Below, one piece after another: positions 58,716 to 64,000 of a stretch of 64,000 bases of DNA. This stretch comes from Gemmatimonadota bacterium (GTDB lineage Bacteria > Gemmatimonadota > Gemmatimonadetes > Palauibacterales > Palauibacteraceae). The translations under genes and the position numbers were made by a program. Numbering within the stretch: position 1 is the first letter of the stretch; each line of letters opens with the position of its first letter. The notes beneath the pieces are model-generated. The model ran no database searches. It saw only the letters and a program-made list of their open reading frames with translations, and had not been told where the DNA came from. The stretch covers positions 1,088,001-1,152,000 of the forward strand of contig OZ220691.1 of the NCBI GenBank assembly GCA_965116475.1, read 5' to 3'.

Positions 58716-58747
58716 GGGGGGCGCGCTGGCGATCCGGCGCGCCCCCC
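58716..58747. terminator. GC-rich hairpin between convergent genes, probable bidirectional terminator
   Basis: GGGGGGCGCGC(TGG)-CGAT-(CCG)GCGCGCCCCCC. Confidence 0.65.
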
Positions 58748-58767
58748 GATCCGTTTCCCGGCCTTTT

Positions 58768-59103
58768 CTAGCTGAAGCTCGCCTGAGCTTCTTCGACCGT
58801 ATCGAAGACCTTCGTCAGCCGCACGAAACCGCTGACCTCCAGCACTTCGAGGATATTCTCCGGGACCTGGCACAGGGCGAGCCCGCCGCCGGCCTGGTTG
58901 GTCTTGCGGATGGCGATCAGCAGCGCCCGCAACCCGGCACTGCTGATGTAGCGCAGGCTCCCGCAATCCAGGACCAGGTTGGTCGCTCCGCCATCGATGA
59001 TGCCGGAGAGCTCCCCGTCGAAGTCCTTGGCGTTGCTGGAGTCTACGCGCCCGCTGACCACCCCTACGGCGGTATCTCCCGAATAGCTGGTCTCAATGTT
59101 CAT
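58768..59103 (-). CDS. STAS-domain anti-anti-sigma factor
   Basis: GRVDS, LVLDCGSLRYISSAGLR and VLEVSGF. Confidence 0.93.
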   Translation of the reverse strand: MNIETSYSGDTAVGVVSGRVDSSNAKDFDGELSGIIDGGATNLVLDCGSLRYISSAGLRALLIAIRKTNQAGGGLALCQVPENILEVLEVSGFVRLTKVFDTVEEAQASFS

Positions 59104-59536
59104 CTGGCGATTCCTCGCTTCCGGCAGCCCCCAGCGGCTGCCTTAGGGTAAGGCAGTTGAAACCCTCGACCCGCTCGTACGCAAGCGTATCAATAAAAGA
59201 CTTCGTAAGGTGGATGCCAAGCCCCCCGATGGGACGATCCTCTGCTGCAAGGCTTACGTCGGGAATCTCCGCGTCCTCAAGTGGGTTGAAGGCTCGGCCG
59301 TTGTCTCGAATCGTGATCTCAATGTCGGCGTCTCCGAGGCGAATGTCCACCGTGATGACCGGATCCTCCGTAATTCCCTCGAATCCGTAGGAGATGACGT
59401 TCGTCAGAAGTTCATCCAGCGAGAGCTGAAACCGGAAGATGATGTCCTGGGAAATCGCGCGCTCGACGCAGAAGCGTTCGACCTCGTCCACCACGCGACG
59501 TGGCTCGCTCGGGTCCGGTTTGACGGCGATCCGCAC
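59093..59536 (-). CDS. Anti-sigma Ser/Thr kinase (RsbW-like, HATPase_c_2)
   Basis: LDELLTNVISYG, IRDNGRAFNPL and RPIGGLGIHL. Start uncertain. Confidence 0.88.
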   Translation of the reverse strand: MRIAVKPDPSEPRRVVDEVERFCVERAISQDIIFRFQLSLDELLTNVISYGFEGITEDPVITVDIRLGDADIEITIRDNGRAFNPLEDAEIPDVSLAAEDRPIGGLGIHLTKSFIDTLAYERVEGFNCLTLRQPLGAAGSEESPDEH

Positions 59537-59769
59537 TCCCGCTCCGCTCCTGTTGGCTGGCTGTCTGCTCGCTGTCCCGGGCGCCCCCGGCGCCGTAACC
59601 ACGCACGCGCCCGAGGTTCGACATATTGCGCGGCCGGTCCCCGGTTGTGGAGATTCCCGCACCGTGGCGGGGACCCCCGCGCGAAATCGACAGAGACGAT
59701 GACGACTGGACGCGGTTTCGGACAAGGGCAGGGACCGATGACCGACGATTCACCTCAACCGAGGCCTCG

Positions 59770-60927
59770 ATGCCGAAGATCCTGGTAGTAGACGACGAAC
59801 CCGATCTGGAACTGCTGCTCCGGCAGAAGTTCCGGCGCCGGATCCGCTCGGGCGAATTCACGCTGGTCTTCGCCCAGAACGGGGTCGAAGCCCTCGCGGA
59901 ACTCGACGAACACGATGACGTCGACGTCGTGCTCTCCGACATCAACATGCCCGAGATGGACGGCCTCACCCTCCTGGCGCAGCTCGGCGAGCTCGACCAC
60001 GATCTCCGCGCCGTGATGGTGACGGCCTACGGCGACATGAAGAACATCCGCACCGCCATGAACCGCGGCGCCTTCGACTTCGTCACCAAGCCGATCGACT
60101 TCGGCGATCTCGAAACGACGATCGCCAAGACCCTGGAACACCTCGCCGTGATGCGGGCCGCGCTGCGCGACCGGGACGCGCTGGTGGCGCTGCGCCAGGA
60201 ACTCGGCGTGGCGGCGAGGATGCAGGAGTCGATCCTGCCGACGAACTACCCCAACGACCCGCGCTACGAGCTTCACGCGTGGATGACGCCGGCCCGCGAA
60301 GTCGGAGGGGATTTCTACGATTTCTTCCGCCTCGAGGAAGACCACATGGCGATCGTCATGGCCGATGTCTCGGGCAAGGGCGTGCCGGCGGCCTTCTTCA
60401 TGATGGTGAGCCGGACGCTGCTCAAGGGGACGGCGATCGGCGAGGCGGACCCCTCGATCTGTCTCGATGAGGTGAACCGGCTTCTCATCAACGAGAACGA
60501 GGAGTCCATGTTCGTGACCCTCTTCTACACCAAGTTCAATCCCGTGAACGGCCAGGCCACGTTCGCGAACGCGGGGCACAACCTTCCGTTCCTCATCAAG
60601 GCGTCGGGAGAGGTCGAGCAGATCGTCTCGGATCCGGGGCTCGTCCTCGGGATCATGTCGGGGGTGGACTTCCCCAAGGGGTCGATCACGCTCGAGCCGG
60701 GCGATGCCGTGTTCTTCTACACGGACGGCGTGACGGAGGCGATGAACGAGGAGGGCGTCGAACTCGGCGAAAAGGAGCTGGCCGAGGTGCTGGGCGAATG
60801 CCACGGCGCGTCCGCGGAAGACATCAACCGTCACGTGATCCGCGCGGTGCAGGAACATGCGGGAGAGGCGGACCAGTCGGACGACATCACGTGCCTGACG
60901 CTGCGGTACCTGGGGGCGCCGGCCTGA
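59770..60927 (+). CDS. Response regulator receiver + SpoIIE/PP2C phosphatase (RsbU-like)
   Basis: ILVVDDE, SDINMP, KP. Then VGGDFYD, ADVSGKG, YTDGVTEA and SDDIT. Confidence 0.93.
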   Translation: MPKILVVDDEPDLELLLRQKFRRRIRSGEFTLVFAQNGVEALAELDEHDDVDVVLSDINMPEMDGLTLLAQLGELDHDLRAVMVTAYGDMKNIRTAMNRGAFDFVTKPIDFGDLETTIAKTLEHLAVMRAALRDRDALVALRQELGVAARMQESILPTNYPNDPRYELHAWMTPAREVGGDFYDFFRLEEDHMAIVMADVSGKGVPAAFFMMVSRTLLKGTAIGEADPSICLDEVNRLLINENEESMFVTLFYTKFNPVNGQATFANAGHNLPFLIKASGEVEQIVSDPGLVLGIMSGVDFPKGSITLEPGDAVFFYTDGVTEAMNEEGVELGEKELAEVLGECHGASAEDINRHVIRAVQEHAGEADQSDDITCLTLRYLGAPA

Positions 60928-62105
60928 TGCGGCGCCGGTCGTTCGCGCTCGCGGCCGTCGTGGCGGCCGGTACGCTGCCCGGCCCCATAATGTCGCAGCA
61001 GGGCGAAGCTCCGACCGAGGGCGTGTACGCCGATTCCATCGTCTTCGGCCAGTCCGCGGCCCTCGAAGGACCCGCGGGCGAACTGGGCCGCAACATGCAC
61101 CTCGGCATCCGGGCCGCGTTCGAGGAGGCCAATCGGGAGGGCGGCGTGCACGGGCGGGCCCTCCGCCTCATCGTCCGCGACGACGGCTACGAGCCCGAAC
61201 CCGCCGTCGCCAACACGCAGGCACTCATCGAACACGGCGTGTTCGGCCTCATCGGCGCCGTCGGCACGCCGACCTCCGCCGCCGCGGAACCCGGCGCGAG
61301 CGACCAGGGCGTCCCCTACATCGGGGCGTTCACGGGCGCCGGCCTGCTGAGGGGCCCGGACCAGCGTTACGTCGTCAACCTGCGCGCCTCCTACGACCAG
61401 GAGACGGAGGAGATGGTGGAGCGCCTCGTGGAGGATCTCGGCTTCGAGCGCATCGCGGTCTTCTACCAGGATGACAACTACGGGCTGGCCGGCCTGACGG
61501 GCGTCCGCCGCGCGATGGACGCGCTCGGCATGGCACTCGTCAGCGAGGCCCCCTACATGCGGAACACGCGGGCCGTGAAGCGCGGGCTCCTCGACATCCA
61601 GGCCGGCAACCCCCAGGCCGTCATCATCATCGGCGCGTACATCCCCGTGGCGCACTTCATCCGGTGGGCGCGGAAGATCGGCCTCGACGCCCTGTTCGTG
61701 AACATCTCCTTCGTCGGCAGCTACGCCCTCCTCGACGAGCTGGGCCGCGCCGGAGACGGCGTCGTGGTGACGCAGGTCGTGCCCTTCCCGCGCGACCCGA
61801 GCGTGCCCGTGGTGGCGCGCTACCAGGCCGCGCTGCGGGCGGTCGACCCTGCCGCCCGCCCAGGCTTCGTGTCGCTTGAGGGCTATCTGGCCGGACGGCT
61901 GGTCGTCGAGGCGCTGGCGGCCGGCGATCCGGAAGCCCGGCCGACGCGGGAGTCCTTCCTCCGCACGCTGACGGAATCCGGCCCCATCGACCTCGGCGGG
62001 TTCACGGTCGAATACGGGGTGGAAGACAACCAGGGTTCGGACCTCGTGTTCCTGACCGTGATTCGGGAGGGCGAGTTCGTTCCCGTGACCCGGCTCTCCC
62101 GGTGA
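60927..62105 (+). CDS. Type I periplasmic ligand-binding protein (Liv/Leu-binding family)
   Basis: FGQSAALEGP, DDGYEP, VGTPTS and SLEGY. Coupled to both neighbours. Confidence 0.88.
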   Translation: MRRRSFALAAVVAAGTLPGPIMSQQGEAPTEGVYADSIVFGQSAALEGPAGELGRNMHLGIRAAFEEANREGGVHGRALRLIVRDDGYEPEPAVANTQALIEHGVFGLIGAVGTPTSAAAEPGASDQGVPYIGAFTGAGLLRGPDQRYVVNLRASYDQETEEMVERLVEDLGFERIAVFYQDDNYGLAGLTGVRRAMDALGMALVSEAPYMRNTRAVKRGLLDIQAGNPQAVIIIGAYIPVAHFIRWARKIGLDALFVNISFVGSYALLDELGRAGDGVVVTQVVPFPRDPSVPVVARYQAALRAVDPAARPGFVSLEGYLAGRLVVEALAAGDPEARPTRESFLRTLTESGPIDLGGFTVEYGVEDNQGSDLVFLTVIREGEFVPVTRLSR

Positions 62106-64000
62106 GTACCGCGGGCCCTCCGGTGAAACAGAGCGACGAGCGCATCCACCGCGCCTTCGAGTGGGCCCTGGCCCGGCTTCCCGGCCGGATCGGGGCGCGG
62201 GCGCGGGACGCGACCGGCGGCCGGTTCGGCATCGGCAGCCAGATCGTCGTCGGGCTGGGGGGCGGCGTGCTCCTGACGATCAGCGCCATCCTGCTCGCGC
62301 TCATCCTGATGACCATCGTGGAGCGGGGACAGAGCGAGGTCACGCAGGAGCAGATCCCTTCGCTCCTCGCGGGCCACCGCGTGACGCAGCACAGCGAGGG
62401 GCTCCTGCGCGCATCCCCGCAGCTCCTGTCGGCCGCCGACCCCGCGACGCTGGCCGATGTCCGGGCCGCCGTCCTGCTGGAACAGGACAGCCTCCAGTAC
62501 TGGGTCGGGGAGGTCGGCGGCGGCGCGGGCATGGATGCGGATGTCGCGGGCCTGGCCGAAGACCTCGTGGCGAACATCAACGAGATCTACGAGTCGGTCA
62601 ACAACCGGATGACCTACAACGCCCAGCTCACCGAGATGGCGGCGGTCGTCGAGGAGACCGGACTCCGTCTCCAGTCGGTGCTCGAGGAGGCGATCGACGA
62701 CCAGTACTTCTTCATGCGCACGGGGCTCCGCGAACTGACGGACGTGCCGGCGCCGGTGTCCCAGCGCCAGGCGTCCGACGAAATCGAGCAGCTTGACGGC
62801 CTCCTGAACTTCAAGGCGTCGCAGAACCAGGCGATCACGCTCATCCAGCAGGCCTTCACCGAGACCGAGGCGGAGCAGTTGCTCGCCAACCAGGGGCGCG
62901 TGGAGACCGCTCTTCGCGATGTGCGGGCGACGCTGCCCAGGATCCGCCCGCTCCTGAGGGAGACGCTGGCCGACGCGGTGAGCATCCCCAGCGAGCTGTA
63001 CGGAGGTCCCGGCGGCATTTTCCAGACCCGGCGGCGGGAACTGGAGGAGATCGGCCTGGCCGAGGAGCTGCTCGAGCGCAACCGGCAGACGACGGCGGAA
63101 CTCGACGTCGGGGTCCGGGCGCTCATGGAACGCGTCGAGGAGACCGCCCGGGACGCGGCCAGCCGCTCCGAGTTCCTCGTGCAGCTCGGGTTCTGGTTCC
63201 TCCTCGCCGTGATCCTGTTCACCATCGGCGCGGCCCGCGTCGCCTGGAAGACGTTCGGCCGCTCGCTCATCGTTCGGCTGAGCAGCCTGTTCGCAACCAC
63301 GCGGCGCATGTCGGAGGGCGACCTCGAAGTGAAGGTGGAGGTCGAGGGCAACGACGAGGTCACCGACATGGCGCAGGCGCTCGAGGTGTTCCGGAAGCAC
63401 GCCCTCGAGGTGCAGAGGCTGAACCTGGTCGAGAAGCTGGCGCAGGAGGTGCAGACGAAGAACGAGGCGCTGGAGCAGACGCTCGACGACCTCCGGCGTA
63501 CGCAGGAACAGGTCATCACGCAGGAGAAGCTGGCCTCGCTGGGCGCCCTCACGGCGGGGGTCGCCCACGAGATCCGCAACCCGCTCAACTTCGTGAACAA
63601 CTTCGCGGTGCTCTCGAAGGAACTGATCGAGGAACTGCAGGAGGAGATGAAAGAGGTCGCGGAGGGGAACGCGGAGCTGGATCGCGAGTTCATCGACGAG
63701 GTGCTCGGCGACCTGGACATGAACGTGACCAAGGTGCGGGAACACGGCGGCCGGGCCGACCGCATCGTGGAGGGAATGCTGGCTCATTCGCGGGACGAAG
63801 CCGGCGCCGCGGAGACCATCGACGTCAACCAGCTCATCGATGAGTACGCGAAGCTCGCCTACCACGGCCTGCGCGGCACGGACTCCTCGTTCAACGTGAC
63901 GCTGGACCGGGACTTCGATGACGAAGCCGGCGAGATCACCGGTATCGCCCGCGACTTGAGCCGGGTCTTCCTGAACATCGTGACCAACGCCTGCCACGCG
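62102..64000 (+). CDS. Membrane sensor histidine kinase (helical periplasmic sensor, HAMP, HisKA), 3'-truncated; absent from the ORF track
   Basis: GTG at 62102 overlaps the upstream stop. Two TM helices, HAMP (GDLE...GNDEVTDMAQALEVF), H-box QEKLASLGALTAGVAHEIRNPLNF and N-box VFLNIVTNA at the window edge. Confidence 0.9.
   Translation, partial: MSTAGPPVKQSDERIHRAFEWALARLPGRIGARARDATGGRFGIGSQIVVGLGGGVLLTISAILLALILMTIVERGQSEVTQEQIPSLLAGHRVTQHSEGLLRASPQLLSAADPATLADVRAAVLLEQDSLQYWVGEVGGGAGMDADVAGLAEDLVANINEIYESVNNRMTYNAQLTEMAAVVEETGLRLQSVLEEAIDDQYFFMRTGLRELTDVPAPVSQRQASDEIEQLDGLLNFKASQNQAITLIQQAFTETEAEQLLANQGRVETALRDVRATLPRIRPLLRETLADAVSIPSELYGGPGGIFQTRRRELEEIGLAEELLERNRQTTAELDVGVRALMERVEETARDAASRSEFLVQLGFWFLLAVILFTIGAARVAWKTFGRSLIVRLSSLFATTRRMSEGDLEVKVEVEGNDEVTDMAQALEVFRKHALEVQRLNLVEKLAQEVQTKNEALEQTLDDLRRTQEQVITQEKLASLGALTAGVAHEIRNPLNFVNNFAVLSKELIEELQEEMKEVAEGNAELDREFIDEVLGDLDMNVTKVREHGGRADRIVEGMLAHSRDEAGAAETIDVNQLIDEYAKLAYHGLRGTDSSFNVTLDRDFDDEAGEITGIARDLSRVFLNIVTNACHA

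Noticed and set aside
115-63997. Many long ORFs in the track antisense to or overlapping real genes (for example 2804..5236+, 5573..7804+, 8920..11205+, 21030..23444-, 28050..30566-, 61883..63997-)
   Set aside because: These are Arg/Pro/Gly-rich shadow frames typical of high-GC DNA, with no motifs, and each overlaps a well-supported gene.
1-64000. CRISPR arrays, rRNA/tRNA genes, IS elements, integrases
   Set aside because: No regularly spaced repeats, structural RNA signatures, or transposase/recombinase motifs were seen.

Overview
High-GC bacterial DNA. The gene content (choice-of-anchor B, S9 peptidases, 6-bladed propellers, PQQ enzymes, an LCCCW proteusin) suggests a marine or sponge-associated Gemmatimonadota-like organism, which is inference only. 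From left to right: (1) the right part of a proteusin/TOMM RiPP cluster, with a QW-repeat prenyltransferase-fold protein, a fused E1-YcaO cyclodehydratase, an NHLP precursor ending in LCCCW and an adjacent AlkB-GlnE-like fusion; (2) secreted or periplasmic enzymes and a YefM-YoeB pair; (3) a visibly lower-GC island of about 7 kb (13.9-20.85 kb) bracketed by a duplicated 3' end of an S9 peptidase gene. The island carries a split M.AquI-like C5 methyltransferase whose beta subunit is fused to an HhH-GPD/Fe-S glycosylase, converging on an RNAP alpha-CTD/sigma4, wHTH and GHKL ATPase operon with no recognisable endonuclease, and is the best candidate for an undescribed defence system; (4) more toxin-antitoxin loci, an ECF sigma module, and tandem channel-like paralogs with a non-canonical filter; (5) transporters and a Pot-like ABC system; (6) an amt, cpATP-grasp, alpha-E, transglutaminase, porin, TolC::DUF1028 operon; (7) a partner-switching and sensor kinase module running off the right edge. 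No rRNA, tRNA, CRISPR array, integrase or transposase was recognised. All family calls come from motif recognition by eye, and no searches were run.
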